A stretch of 64,000 bases of DNA from the human T2T-CHM13v2.0 reference genome, Homo sapiens, in assembly GCF_009914755.1 (NCBI RefSeq), contig NC_060944.1, one strand, 5' to 3'. A program made the translations under genes and the position numbers. Below, in pieces: positions 13,571 to 28,150 of the stretch. The first letter of the stretch is position 1. Each line of letters starts with the position of its first letter. Under the pieces are notes generated by a model that saw only the letters and a program-made list of their open reading frames with translations, did not search any database and was not told the DNA's origin.

Positions 13571-14240
13571 GTTCTCTGCCTCTTTTATGCAGCAGAACTT
13601 TCAGAAGGGAAAAAGCGTGGGTGTTGGGAATTCCTAATGGCAAGAATTCATGGAAACGTCATGTTACATATCTGCCGCTGTGGGTGCTGAGCAGAGCGGC
13701 AGATGGGGCCGGCGCGGAAATAGTCATATTCCGCCACTTCCTAGTGTGCCAAACACTCATCACTCGCGTCATCTCCCTGGACTGTCACAGCCCCTTTGTG
13801 AGGAAGGCAGGACCAGAAGTCACATCTCATTTTGCAAATTCCAGAACCGAGACTCAGATGCCAGGTGACTTGCCCAGGGTCCCCACATCAAGAGGCAGTG
13901 ACATGAGTGGTCCTGGGACTTAAGCCACAGTCTTCTGCCCCTTGCTTTTTCTGCTATAGCACGGGTTGGGCCTGTGGTGTGATTTGAACACTACTGGGGA
14001 ATCTGTATGGGGTTATGGCCTGCCTGTCCTGCAGCAAGGTTGCTGGAAACTTCCTTGGGGTCAGGTCTGCACCTCATGCATTGGGTATCACTCCCTTCCC
14101 TGCTTCCCTTGGTGCCTAGAACTCATTCGACGTCCAATCTCAGGCAAATGCCTTCTTATCTCTGTGTCACCTCTGTTTCCTCATTTGTCAAATGGGCATA
14201 ACTGTCACTGTTCATGTGCTCAACACACAGGACAACTCTT

Positions 14241-14485
<245 letters not shown>

Positions 14486-15209
14486 TAAGGCTGTCTCCTT
14501 GTGAATGGGGAAGAATGCCCAATGGGAGTGGGCCCAAGACACAATGTGGGGAGGCGACCAGGAGGCAGCAAATAGAGTCCGCTGTGATAAGGTGTTCATC
14601 TGTCAATGGGATCAGAGAAGTAGGATAGTAGCTGAGGGTTCACATGGGTCTGGCAAGGATTTTTTAAATGGCAGGCAAAGCTTTCAGCTGGAAGTGAGAA
14701 TGCAGAGTTGGGCTGGAGAGGAAGAGGAGCAGAAATAGCCTCTAAGACCTAATTTTTGGTTACTGTGAAGATGAAAAGATATGACCTACAGAAAGCATCT
14801 GGCGTTGCTTGATTTGGTCACAGAGGGAAAGGAAAGGACTGCCTGGGATTTTAAATAACATATCACGGTGTGTTAGTACACATTTCCATCTAGGCTTCCC
14901 CTGTTGCTAAGGAATAATTAAATAATTTAAATACTTTTAAATAATTGAGAGATTCCCAGAATCTTTATTTCAGCCCAGTATGTCCCATGCATCTGTGCAT
15001 TTTGGTCTGTGCGTGTGTTTTGATAGTAAAAGGAGACATGAGAGTCTCTCTTTCCAGATGAGTCCAGTCCTACACACCCTCCCCAGGACGCCAGGGGTAT
15101 CTGGGGCTTTTTCGTTTGCTGGTGACCAAACCTGTCCCTGGCTTCCATCTTCAGTTCTTCCCAATTCTTTAATCCCTTAGTCCAGGCTTTGCTCCCTCCC
15201 TTCCCCTCC

Positions 15210-16110
15210 AGCCGACCCACCACCCCCGCTCATCCAGGTCTCCATCAATTCTCAGTTGATCTAATAGAAGTGCCTCCCCAGCCTCCCTGACTCCAGTCTC
15301 TCCCTGCCCCTATTCATCCTGCTTAGTAATGTTGAAATCCGGCATTGCTCGTGCTGCTAAAGAACACTAGTGTCTTTGGTTCTGCAAGCATAAAATATAA
15401 ATGACCAGGCCTCAGTTCACTTCATTTCCCCAGACATATGCTGTCTCGGAGAAGGCAGATCTTGTTGTTCTCGGAACACCCTGAGTTCTTTTCATTTTAA
15501 CTTTTTTAATGTGTTCCCATTGCTCTTGGGATAAAACTCAAACTCCTCACCATGTCTTTTCAGGCTGATGGCATCTGCACTCTGCCCACTTTTCCAACAA
15601 CATCTCCTGCCCCCATCAAAGTAAGCAGTTCGTGCCTCAGGACCTCTGCACTGGCTGTTTCTTTGTCCTGGAATTCTCTGTCCCATCTCTTCACATGCCC
15701 GGGTCTTACTTCAGCTTCAGTGAGACTCCTCCAAAAGGCTGTTTCTTTGCAAGCTATTCCACTGCTCCGGTTTATTTTCTGACTGTCATTTTGTTCACTT
15801 GCTTCGTGGAATTTGACACAATTTGAAGTGGACTTGCTGCTGTGTCATCTGTCCTCCCACTGGGTGCCAGCTCTGTAGGGCAGGAGCTCTTCCCTCTCTT
15901 GGCCACTGCCAGCTCCCCAGTGCCTAGAGCAGGGCCCCGACCGAGTGGGAGCTCAGCAGTATTGTTGAGTGGATGAACATCCCTTGCCCTCGCCCGTCAC
16001 CGCACCCCTGTGCAATCTGTCCTGTCTGTTTTGTTCACTACTGTGCCCCCAGTACCTGAGACCGTGTCTGGCACATAATGTTTGCTCAATAGATAATCCT
16101 TGAAAGACAA
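15210..16110 (+). mobile_element. L2 fragments
   Basis: ggataaactcaaactcctcacc...ccccagtgcctagagcagggcc...ctcagcagtattgttgagtggatgaa. Confidence 0.75.
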
Positions 16111-16270
16111 GTTGAATTAAAAACGCACATCCAGCCCCACTTGACCCCGGAATTCAGCCTTGACTGACTTATACGTTGCTCATTTCCTCTCGGGTTCATC
16201 ACCAAATGGGGCTCTTTTCCTGCTGTTTATGAAGTCACCAACTGCAGATACTTGAGAAGGGCTCCACCGG

Positions 16271-16766
<496 letters not shown>

Positions 16767-16984
16767 TGAAGGGGAGTTCCAGGCACTCCGGGTCCCACGG
16801 AGACAGGGAGGTTCCTGGAAATGAAGCTTACGCTTGAAGGATGAGAAAGTATGAACCACGCATGGTGTAGGTGTGGACCGGGAGTGAAAGGCGTTCCAGG
16901 CAGAGAGAATGGCGTTTGCAAAGGCCTCAAGCCTCAAGAGCTCAGGGACCGCTGGGGGGAAAGTGAGCAGAGGAGAGGATGATT

Positions 16985-17400
16985 TTTTTTTTTTTTTCCC
17001 GACAGCAACTTTCCTTTTCATAGCCAATTATATTAAGATAGAATTCACATGCCATAAGATTCCCTCCTTTAAAGTATAGAATTCAGGAGTTGTTAGTACA
17101 TTCACAGTAGTGCAGACATAGCCACTATTAATTCCAGAACATTTTTCGGTATCCCAAGAAAGAAACCCTGTGCCCATTGGCAGTCACACTCCGTTGTGCC
17201 AACTCCCTCAACCCTTGGCAACCACGATCCGCTTTCTGTATCTATGGATTGGCCTATCTGGACATCTCACATAAATGGAATCGTAGTCTTTGTGACTGGC
17301 TTCTTTACTTAGCAAGTGTGTTTTTTATTTGTATTTTTTTAATGTAGTAAAATACATGTAACATCAAATTTACCATCTTAACTTGGTGGTTGTTACTATC
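16985..17400 (-). mobile_element. L1MB-like 3' end
   Basis: ttaaagtatagaattcagg...attccagaacattttt...cccttggcaaccac. Confidence 0.8.
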
Positions 17401-17402
17401 AT

Positions 17403-17648
17403 TGCTCAGGCTGGAGGGCAGTGGTGCGATCTCAGTTCGCTGCAATCTCCACCTCCCAGGCTCAGGTGATCTTCCCACCTAAGCCTCTGAATAGCTGGGA
17501 CTATAAGTGCATGCATCACCGCACTGGCTAATTTTTGTATTAACTTTGTATAAATTTTATAGAGATGGGGTCTCACCATGTTGTCTAGGCTGGTCTCGAA
17601 CTCCTGGGCTCAAGTAATCTGCCCACTTCAGGCTTTCAAAGTGCTGGG
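17403..17648 (-). mobile_element. AluJ, truncated
   Basis: ctcctgggctcaag J-type diagnostic; tail and 5' end missing. Confidence 0.92.
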
Positions 17649-18057
17649 CGAACAAATATCTGTTCCAGTCCCTACTTTCAGTTCTTTTGGATATATGTTT
17701 ACGTAGAAGTAGAGGGAGGATGACTTTTTAAAGTAAAAGCCCTCCTGCCATTTTCTTAAAAATGTTTCCCCTAGGACAGCTTGCCCCGTCAAACAAAGTG
17801 CCCCCTTGTAGCACTGTTTAATTAAATGACTGCAACCAGTGTACCGTGTGCACATCCAGGAACGTGCCATGTGCCCTTCCTCTCCTTCATAGAGCTGGGA
17901 ACACTTCGTGGTTGTCGCTTAGTTGGTCTGGTGAGATGAGAGGAATGGCTCTGTGTTGACGGCGCTGGCCACTTCCAGGCCTTCCTCTTCTAAGTCAGGG
18001 CTGCATTTGGCATAAACGGGTTCTAGCAGTCGAACCCCTGTTATCGCAAGAACTGCC

Positions 18058-18472
18058 TCCGTCTGTTTTGCATTGCTATGAAGCAATATCTGAGGCTGGG
18101 TAGTTTACAAAGAAGAGAGGTTTATTTGGCTCACTGTTCTGCAGGCTGTACAGGAAGCATGGCACCAGCATCTGCCTCTGGGGAGAGCCTCAGGAAGCTT
18201 ATAATTATAGTGGACGGTGAACGGGGAGCAGGTGTGTAGCATGGTGAGAGAGGGAGCAAGAGAAAAGGGAGGAGGTGCCGGGCTCTTTAAACAGCAGCTC
18301 TCATGTGAATTAATAGAGTGAGAACTGACTCATTACCGCAGGGAGGACGCCAAGTCATTCATGAGGGAATCCACCCCCGTGACCAAAACACCTCCCACCA
18401 AGCTCCACCTCCAACATCGGGGATCACATTTCAACATGAGGTTTGCAGAGGACACACACCCAAACTATATCC
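18058..18472 (-). mobile_element. MaLR solo LTR (MST family)
   Basis: gttttgcattgctatgaagcaatatctgaggctgggtagttt...tttcaacatgaggttt...caaactatat. Confidence 0.88.
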
Positions 18473-18479
18473 AATTCAT

Positions 18480-18915
18480 ATTTATTATGTCCTTAGAAAG
18501 TGCTGGGCTCTGTACCAAGCAGTATATGTGGGTTATTCAATCAACGTGATACTTATGACGTGTGTAAGATGATTCCCACTTTACAGTTGAGGTCACTGGG
18601 GCACAGAGAAGGAAAGTAGTTTGCCCAGGGTTACAGAGCCAACGTAAGAGCCACAGTTTTGAGTGCGGGCATCCTGCCTCTAGATCTCATGCCCTTGTCC
18701 ACTGAAATAAGCAATATAGCAGGCTGTTGAAGAGCCCAGGCTTAGCCATTTGCGAGCCCTATGACCCTGGAAATATTGTTTAACCTGTCTGAGCCTCAGT
18801 GTGACCATCCATAAAATGGGGACAGTGCTGTACCCACTTGAAACGATTATCCTGAGAGTTCAATGAGATGGTGTGTGTGGAGCTGGTGCATTGGGAGTTT
18901 CACTAAATATCAGTT
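18480..18915. mobile_element. Two adjacent MIRs in opposite orientation
   Basis: cccactttacagttgagg (minus), then ctgagcctcagt...taaaatgggga (plus). Confidence 0.75.
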
Positions 18916-20447
18916 CCTGTCGCAGGGAGAGAGTCAGGGTTGAGCAGACCAGCTTATGTCCTGGCTGGACCTTGGGTATTAGTGTGATTGTGGACTGTTC
19001 TTCAAAGCTGAGGCCAGCATGGGGAACATGGTTTAATGATCTCCCGCCTGGGCATTCAGTATCCGGGAGCTTGGATGTTTGCAGAGGCTGCTGGGATGGG
19101 GAGGGAACTTAGAGGCTCCTCGATAGTAGCACACGTCCTTGCTGCAACCCTAAATAATTGCTTTTCTCCCGAGGCTACTGCTTGCTCTGCCTGGGGTAGG
19201 AGCCAGGCTTGGGACTTGTCTTGGTGGCCCAGGGCTATTTCATTCAAGTTGGTGGACTCTGATTTTAATTGACTCTTGTGTGCCTTGAGACCATTTTCCA
19301 AGGGAAATGGATCATTAAGCCTGAGTTTGTCCTCAGAGAAGTTCCAAATGGTCTATGGCTCCTGGGTACAAGCAAGGATCATGGAAAGTCGTTTTGTGAA
19401 GTCTCAGTGAGATGTGCTTGTTCTGGACACTGAGTTCTGGTCCCAGGGATTCCAGTTCTCTCCAGCTCATGGTGGCAAAGAGCCTGTCTGATGGCACTGG
19501 TGTTGAATAATCTCCACCAAACACGAGGGGCAAATTTCAAGGATGGCTTTTACTCAGCAGGTTTCTTGGACAGGCTGGCATTGCTCCTTCCCCTTTGACC
19601 CTCCAGGATAACAAGCATGGACCACGGTGGCCTTGACGGAAATCCTAACCTAGCTAAAGACCCTCTCCCTGTCACTCAGTAGCTCTTTCTGTGTATGACA
19701 TTCCCTTCTTTTCTTAACCCAGAGAGATCCTGACATTCCAGCAAAACCAAAACGAATCAAAACACTAGTCTGGCATCCTTAAAACAGCATTTTTTCAAAG
19801 TGTGGTCCATTGTCCAGCAGCACCAGAATGACTCAGGAGTAGAGGGCCACTAAAACATTAATAATAAACCCCCAAGCCAGACTCCAGGTCTACCGAATTA
19901 GAATCAGCTTAGAAATGTTGCTTTAACACAGGTGTGTTCTGTGGCTCAAATACCACAAGCGATGTTGCTGACAGGGACATGATTTGATGAAATGGTGAGT
20001 AAATTTTGGTAAAATTCTGAGCAAAAGAAAGTACAATACTCGCTTGTTTACATGGTAATGGGAGTTGCATTCCTGGGAGAATCATGTGGATAGAAACCAT
20101 GCCCAGAATACTTTGTGCAGAACGGAATCAGACTTGGCCTCAGATACTTCTAAACATGTGTTTTACTTGGGGAGTATGGGGGACTTGGGGCAATTCTCTT
20201 TTCCGCAGGACTGTGATGTGCATGGCAGGGCAGTCGATAGCCCTCGCGCTCACCCTCTAAATGCCAATGGTGCCCCTAAAATGCTCCTGTGAATTTTCAA
20301 AATGCCCTATTGGGGGCAGTTCCATTTCTGTTGATGCCCACTGGTGTAGTGGAAAGGCTGGGCTTAGTATGAACCCTCCACTGATACCCTGTGTCATCCT
20401 TGAGTCAGCTAGCCTCACCGAACCTCTTCTCTCTAACATGGTGGGAT

Positions 20448-20752
20448 ATGCCAGGCATGGTGGTTCACATATATAACCTTAGCACTTTGAGAGGCTGAGG
20501 TAGGAGGATAGCATGATACTAGCCTGGGCAACATAGTAAGATCCCAGGTCTACAAAATTAAAATTAAAAAATGAGCAAGTGTGGTGGTGCATGCCTGTAG
20601 TCCCAGCTACTCTGGGACTGAGGTGAGAGGATCGCTTGAGCCCAGGAGTCTGAGGTTATAGTGAACTGTGATAGCACCACTGCACTACAGCCTGGGTGAC
20701 AGAGCAAGACCCCATCTCTAAAAACAAATAAAACAAAAATAAGTAAAATAAA
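20448..20752 (+). mobile_element. AluJ within a MIR
   Basis: gaggatcgcttgagcccaggag J diagnostic; A-rich tail. Confidence 0.93.
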
Positions 20753-20881
20753 ATGGGGGAAATAATAAACCTTCCCTCTAAAGAATTGTTTGAGGGTTAA
20801 ATGATCCAATGTGTGTGCTATCCCTAACACAGCAATGGGCACACAGTCCACCCTGAATACCTGTTGTTCTTTGCTCTATTC

Positions 20882-21092
20882 CAGGTTAAACATGTTCTAT
20901 AAAGGACCAGATAACAAATATCTTAGGCTTTGGGGGCTATATTGCCAGCCTCTCTTGCCACTTCTCAATTCTGCCGTTGTTGCAAGAAAGCAGCCATGGA
21001 TGACACGTAACAAAGGTGCAGCTGTGTGCCAATAAAACTTTATTTGCAAAATCAGGTAGTAGGCCAGGTTTGGCCTGTGGCCTGATCCCGGG
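20882..21092. mobile_element. MER58A (hAT-Charlie)
   Basis: taaaggaccagataacaaatatcttaggcttt...gtgccaataaaactttattt. Confidence 0.85.
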
Positions 21093-22449
21093 TCTATACC
21101 CATGGAATGTCTGTGTGCTACTTCTCCATCTGCTCAGCTGGATTAGAGTCTCCCTAGAGGCCCATGTTTTCAGTTTTGTCGTAATACATCTGGAACAAGA
21201 GGGTTATCAGACTGTGTCTGGCGCAGGTAGTTCCCACAGGCAGTTGCAGGAGATCATGATGTATCGACAAAGCATCACCTCTGTCCTCAGCTAACTGCCT
21301 TCAGGGACCCGTTCAGTGAGAGAGGAAGGGAGCAGAGAGATCTCAGGTGGAGAGTGTGGGTTAGGCAGGGCTGGCGTCCCTGTTCCTGGGGGCCAAGCCT
21401 CCTGTATAGCAGATAGCACATTCCCAGGGTTTCTGAGCATCCTTGGAATTTCAGAGGGAAATATCAATTTCTCCTTTGTGTTAATTTCCTAAAAAAGAAG
21501 TTATCCAGCATACTGATTGGAACCCTGGAGTTGTTGATCTCAAAGAAAGTGTTATCTGCATTTACTGCCCCTGCGGCAAGTTTTAGAGTTTCCCATTGAA
21601 ATTTTGGAGGTGGGCTTGGGAGAAGCAGAAAGAGAGAGAAGGGAAGGTAGTTTGAGGCCTAAACTGGCAGCCTGCCGGTCAGCTTCTGCCCAAGGACAAG
21701 TTTGTTTTGCTACTCACAGGAACGGTCTGCCTGCCTTAAAAAAAAAAAAAAATTAGGTTCCCATAATAATCCATCTTTTGAGCTTCTCTGAAAAACTGGC
21801 AGCCTCAGGGACTCCAGGACTGTCTTCTGCAGGGCAACAACTGACGGGTGGGTGGGAGCCAGGGGGGCTGTCTTGTCAGGGGTGCAGGCTGTCCAGCAAC
21901 TAATGCTCCCAGACCCTCAACCTTGTCCTTCCTCCTACCTGCTTTCTCTACAGGGCCTCTGTGGGCATGTGGGTTTGAGACGTCTGCCTCCCTAAGGAAT
22001 GGTAAATGAGGTCTTTCATTAGCTGCCACACTGCATGGAAGACAAGAGGGCAGCCTGGCCAAGGCCACCTGGGCCCTGGAGGAGCCTCCTGCCTAGACTC
22101 CGTGCCTCCCTGCCTCCCTGCATCACTCCCTACATCACTCCCTACAGTTGGTTCTCCATGGAGCAGATAGAGGGATTGGTCTAAAAATGCTGATTAGTCA
22201 GCTGCTGTTTTTCATTGCTTTTCAGATCAAGATCCAACCATTAACCTGCCCGCAGGGCCCTGGGTGGATTGTCTTTGCCAATCTCCCTAGTTGCCTTTCT
22301 CCCCTTATCCTCCTTACTTCCTCCCTCAAATGCCATGTTCCAGACAGGTTGAGCTGCTTTCAACTCCTTAAACAGCTTGTTAAGCCCTTTCATGCCTTTA
22401 TAAACCCAGATCTTACACATACAAATTTGCAGAGACACAGGCATTTCAG

Positions 22450-22870
22450 TTATGATTGGGTTGAGCTCAAGTTGACAGAAATTCAAAACAAGGAAAAGGG
22501 ATGCTTATTTCTCTGCTGCAATTATCCGAGTGCAGGAACCCAGGGCTGGGAGGTCTGGCGGTTCTCAGAGTCAATGCCATAGACACCTTGACTCTTGCCC
22601 TGCTGTGTGTGGCCTCTTGACCCAGTATGGAAGCATGTGAATTCCAGGCCCACGAGACAGAGAAAGGAATGGCGAGGACCAAGGGGACATGCACACCATC
22701 TCTTAAAAAGGCTTCCGGAAGAGGCCTGATATAACTCTACTTCTCACTAATTCTGGCCAATAGTGCAGGGCCACGCTAAGATGCAAGGAAGCCTGGGAAA
22801 TGTAGTCTTCATTCTAGGAAGCCATATTCCCAGCCAAAGTTTAGTGGTCTGTTACCATAGAAGAAGGCTT
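22450..22870. mobile_element. MLT1 (old MaLR LTR) fragment
   Basis: ggccacgctaagatgcaaggaagcctgggaaatgtagtc. Confidence 0.65.
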
Positions 22871-23165
22871 AACAACTACTGCATACCAGAAGGGACTCCT
22901 ATAATCTCAATGTTCTTTGCCCACCAGTATTGTGAAAAGCAGAAATTGGATGCAGAATTATCTGCTCCCAAAACTGTGCTCTTCACTGTTTTGCTGCGTT
23001 GCTTCCTGACACGCAACACACAGTTAGGATTTAACAAAAGCTCATAGAGTATTGAGTTATAGATTTTGGGCTTGGGCATGCTTGGAAAGTATTGGTCTGT
23101 GTGTACAGCCCACTTCATTTTCTTATAAGGAGAATACTAGATAACTCTTAGAATTTATTAAATCT

Positions 23166-23433
23166 GACCGGGTGTGGTGGCTCACGCCTGTAATCCCAGC
23201 ACTTTGGGAGGCTGAGGTGGGCGGATCACTGGAGGTCAGGAATTCAAGACCATCCTGGCCAACATGGTGAAACCCTGTCTCTACTAAAAGTACAAAAATT
23301 AGCCGGGCGTAGTGGCACCCGCCTGTAACCCCAGCTACTCAGGAGGCTGAGGCAGAGGTTGCAGTGAGCTGAGATTGCGCCTCTGCTTTCCAGCTTGGGT
23401 GACGGAGTGAGACTCCATCTCAAAAAAAAAAAA
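23166..23433 (+). mobile_element. AluS with internal right-arm deletion
   Basis: TSD ttattaaatct; ggaggctgaggcag joins directly to aggttgcagtgagc. Confidence 0.96.
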
Positions 23434-23477
23434 ATTATTAAATCTTAGAACTGGAGGAAATGGCTTTTCTTTTTGAA

Positions 23478-24662
23478 ATTTTATTGACTTTATTAGGTAT
23501 GATGCATATATCCTAAAAGGCACACACTTTAAATATGAGTTTGATAAATTTTAACAAATGTCAACCCTCTTGTAACCATCATCTCAATCAAGATGTAGAA
23601 CATTTCCATCATTCCAGAAAAATTCCCCAGTATCCCCTGGTGGACAACCCCCATCCCCCACCTTACTCCAGGCACCCACCAATCCATTTTCCTTTTTTAA
23701 AAAGAGAGACAGGGTCTCATCATGTTGCCCAGGCTGGTCTCGAACTCCTGGGTTCAGGCAATCCTCCTGCCTCGGCCTCCCAAAGTGCTGGCATCAGCCA
23801 CCACACCTGACCACCAATCCATTTTCTGTCATTATATGTTAGTTTTGCCTGTTCTTAAAGTTTATATGTATGGAGTCTTACCACTTGGGCTCTTTCTATC
23901 GGGCTTTTTTCGTTCGGCATTATGTTTCATGCATAATTCATGTTACTGCTTATACTGGTAGTTTGTTCCTTATTATTACTAAGTCATATTCCATCTTATA
24001 TCTCAAACTGCTGATTTCTATCTATTGTTTCCAGTTATTGGCTATTATGAGTAAAGCTGCTATGAACATTCACGGACAAGCCTTTCTGTGGACATATATT
24101 TTCATTCTCTAGTATAAATACTTAAAAGTGAAATTGCTTGGTTATATGATAAGTATATATTTACCTTTACAGTAAATGCTAAACTGTTTTCCAAAGTGGA
24201 TTTACCATTTTACATTTCCACCTACAATGTATGGAAGTTCCAGTTGCCCCACATCTTCACCAACACTTGGTATTGTCAGGTATCTTTAAAACTTTTGCTA
24301 TTCTAATGATATATGGCAGTATTTCATTGCAGTTTTAGCTTGCGTTTCCCTGATGACTGAAGATACTGAGCATCTTTTCAATGTGTTTATTGGCCATCTG
24401 TACACTTTCTTTTTTGAAGCGTCTGTTCAAATGTTTTTTCTGCTATTGGTATTTTGTCTTCTCATTGAGTTGCAAGACTTCATTAGATATTCAGGATACA
24501 AGTCTTTTGTCAGATAAATGTATTGTGAATGTTTCCTCCCAGTTTGTGGCTTGCCTTCTTATTTTCTTCATGGGACCTTTTGATGAACAGAAGTTTCTAA
24601 TTTTCATTAAGATCAATTTATCCATTTCTTCTTTTATGGTTGGTGCTTTTATGTCATGTTTT
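23478..24662 (-). mobile_element. L1M 3' portion
   Basis: aaagctgctatgaacatt, aaactgttttccaaagtgg, ttggccatctgtacactttct and similar antisense L1 motifs. Confidence 0.88.
23692..23811 (-). mobile_element. Alu monomer (FLAM-like) inside L1
   Basis: Perfect TSD ccaccaatccattttc. Confidence 0.93.
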
Positions 24663-26014
24663 TAAAACATACTATGCACCTGCTGTGTAGATAATCAGGA
24701 AATGTTTGAGTGGTTGAATTCCATCAGAGTAGTTATGGTGCGACAACCTATGAAGAGATGACCTCCCTGGACTCTCTTTGGTATTTGGGGTCCATGTTGT
24801 ATGGCTGCTCCTAACTCTGGTCCCCTAACACACTAGGAGCCAGGCTGATGAAGAGCCCAAATCAGTGTGTTTGTGTGTTTGCCGTGGGGAGAGGGGAGGA
24901 GAGAACTAAGTCCTTTTCTTTGCCGAAACACTAGGGGGAAAAAAAACCCCGAGCAAACGGTTTTCATATTCACTGGGTGATGTTTCTACAGTTGCCTTCC
25001 TGGCCTGATATTCTTGGGGAATGTTGCTTCATAAATATTGAATGGCGTCGGTACCTTCTGCGCAGGCCGCCGGCAACTGCTTCCTAGAAATGAATTTGGA
25101 GTCTTGCAGTAATTACCCCTGGAAGTGTTCATTCAAGTCTGAGAGCAGATTAAATAATGAATAGGAATGTCATTTATTCATTCCAATTTAGAAACCCGTG
25201 TCTCATTATTTTTCTGGATGAAATTGAATGTCAAGAAAGGGAGAAAACTAAAGGGAAGGGGGAGACTTGGAGATGGAACACGAGGCAAGTGTGTCACTCG
25301 TACTGCAGAAGACCAGAGAAGGGGGCTTGGGTGGGGAAGTGGCCTCGGCTCCTCCAAGAACTGATGCCAGTAGCAGGGTTGTGAGGACAGAGCAGGTCAG
25401 ATAGGCAATCAGGGACATGCCCACAGGCCCTTTTGTCCTTGCTCCTAGACTATCCTCATTTCTCACCTTTTTGACATTTTTCCCTTGGAGAAAAATTGTA
25501 AAATGCAGGAAAGCGTTAAAGAGAAAAAAAAACTCATCCATCGTCCTGCCACCCAAAGGCAATCATTATTAGCATTTTGCAGTATTTCTTTTCCCAGACT
25601 TTTTTCTCTGCTGAGCTTTTTTGAAAAAATGTATCTTGAGACCAGAGTAGGAATCCAGTTGTACCTCCTGCAGTGAGTGTTGGTTCATCCTTAGGATGCA
25701 AGCAATCTTGGATGGGGTTGCACACACTCTGTGGACTGCAAGCTCCCTGGCTCTTGGACTCTTCTCCATCGCTGCACCTGCAGTACCTAGCATGGTGCCT
25801 GGCATGTGGCAGGCATTCGGTAAGCATGTGTTGGATGGATGGGTCACTTTTAGTAGCTGAGTATCAATCCTTAGTAACAGCAGCCAGGAGGACAGGGTGC
25901 TTGTGGGGTGCCACACGCATGCTAAGAGCTTTACAGGGTCTACCTCATTTAACCTGTACATCACCTTCCTAAGAGATTTATTTTCATGGCTGAGAACACA
26001 GACCCTGGAGTAAG

Positions 26015-26580
<566 letters not shown>

Positions 26581-27404
26581 TGAAATTGTTAGCCGTAAGT
26601 ACTAATCTTCATCATCTGAGTAACCTTGAAGAAGCCATTTTTCCTTTGAGAATTAGTTTCTTCATCTGGAAGATGGGGAGAGTAGTTGTGATCATAGAAA
26701 TGAGATAAACTATTTAAAGAGCCCAGTCCAGAATTTGGCACATCGTAGGAACTCCCCAAAGAATAGTTATTCATAGTCTCTCAAAAAGCAGGACCTATCC
26801 AGCTCCTACTCCTCCTTCAAAACTTACCTCAAGGGTCACCTCCTCCAGATGGCTTCCTTGATTTCTTTTCCCCCTACTTCTCTGCATTCCTTCAATGCTT
26901 TGATCTGTTCTCTAACACAACAATTCCCATGCTGTCCTATAATCTCAGTTTTAACTTGTCCATGTGCCCCACTGTACCCCAAACACCCACTAATCACCAC
27001 TGCATCCCCAGACTCTAGTGTCTGGCACATAGTAGGTGCTCTACAAAGCATTTATGGAGTGAAACTATGATTGATGCAGTCGGGGAAGATGTTGGGGGCA
27101 GGCAGCCAGGGGGTGAGTGCTTCTATTGAGTCATCTCTGAGGGGAGATGTTAGTGAAAGTCCTGGAAAAATTAGCTGCTTGTCATAAATTCTATCTCTGG
27201 TAATGTTTTGCTAATCTGTCTTTTTCTGACTTAATTCAAAATTGAATGGGAGGGAGAGAAATTTGTCTGGGTGACTCCAAGTTAACAAGCTGTAATGATG
27301 TGCTGGGAACTGTGTAGCTTGGAGCTATCAATTTGCTGGTAGAGAGGGCAGAAGTGAAAATGTAACTGCCATTGGTAGGGGTTGTCAAGGGATAGAGGTG
27401 AGAG

Positions 27405-27740
27405 GATTCTGGGTTTTTAGTATAATTTTCATACAATACAATGTGCCCATTTACTTGCACAGGCTGAGTTTTGACAAATGCATACACCCATGTAACCACC
27501 ACCATGATCAAGATGTGAAGCTGGTCTGTCACTCCACAAAGAGTCCTCTTGCTCTGTGTCACCCCCTGCAAACTGCCTTAGGCAACTACCATGCTCTTTC
27601 TATCAGTATAAATCTATTTTGCCTGTTTTAGGGTTTCATATAAATGTAATCATACACAATGTACTCTTCTGTATCTGGCGTCTTTCATTCAGCATAAATG
27701 CTTTTGTGATTCATGTTGTTTTTAAGATAAGATTTAGTTC
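27405..27740 (-). mobile_element. L1M 3' end fragment
   Basis: gagttttgacaaatgcatacacccatgtaaccacc. Confidence 0.8.
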
Positions 27741-27949
27741 TGTTGCATCCATATACCAATCTCCTTTTCCCAGATAATCCAATGCCATAGGCTTGTCAGT
27801 CATGTGCTGTGTTCTTAGGCTGATTCTTCAATAACTGGCTTAAATGTGCTCTCCTCTGACATTCCTTCCCTGACTTTTCCCCAGCATTGCTAACTGGGTT
27901 GGTGATAATGCTATTTAATAACTGCTATTTAATGGGTTTTTAACCATGG

Positions 27950-28150
27950 TTAATAAGCCTTTGCCTTACAAAGGTTATTCTATTATTACAATCCTCCTCT
28001 GAGTTAGGTATCATTGTCCCATTTTAGAAAAGGAAACTAATGTTCAGAGAGGTTGAGCAACTGAGCTAATACTATACAGCTAAGTAATAGCAGAGCCAGA
28101 GTTTGAATCCAGAACTTTGACCTTAAGAACCGTGCTCATGACCAGTCTGC
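27950..28150 (-). mobile_element. MIR
   Basis: cccattttagaaaaggaaactaatgttcagagaggtt...gtttgaatccag. Confidence 0.85.

Noticed and set aside
21661-21805. 13-bp direct repeat aaactggcagcct as the TSD of an orphan retrocopy
   Set aside because: The A-run at ~21737-21752 lies about 40 bp from the second repeat and the enclosed sequence resembles no RNA I recognise.
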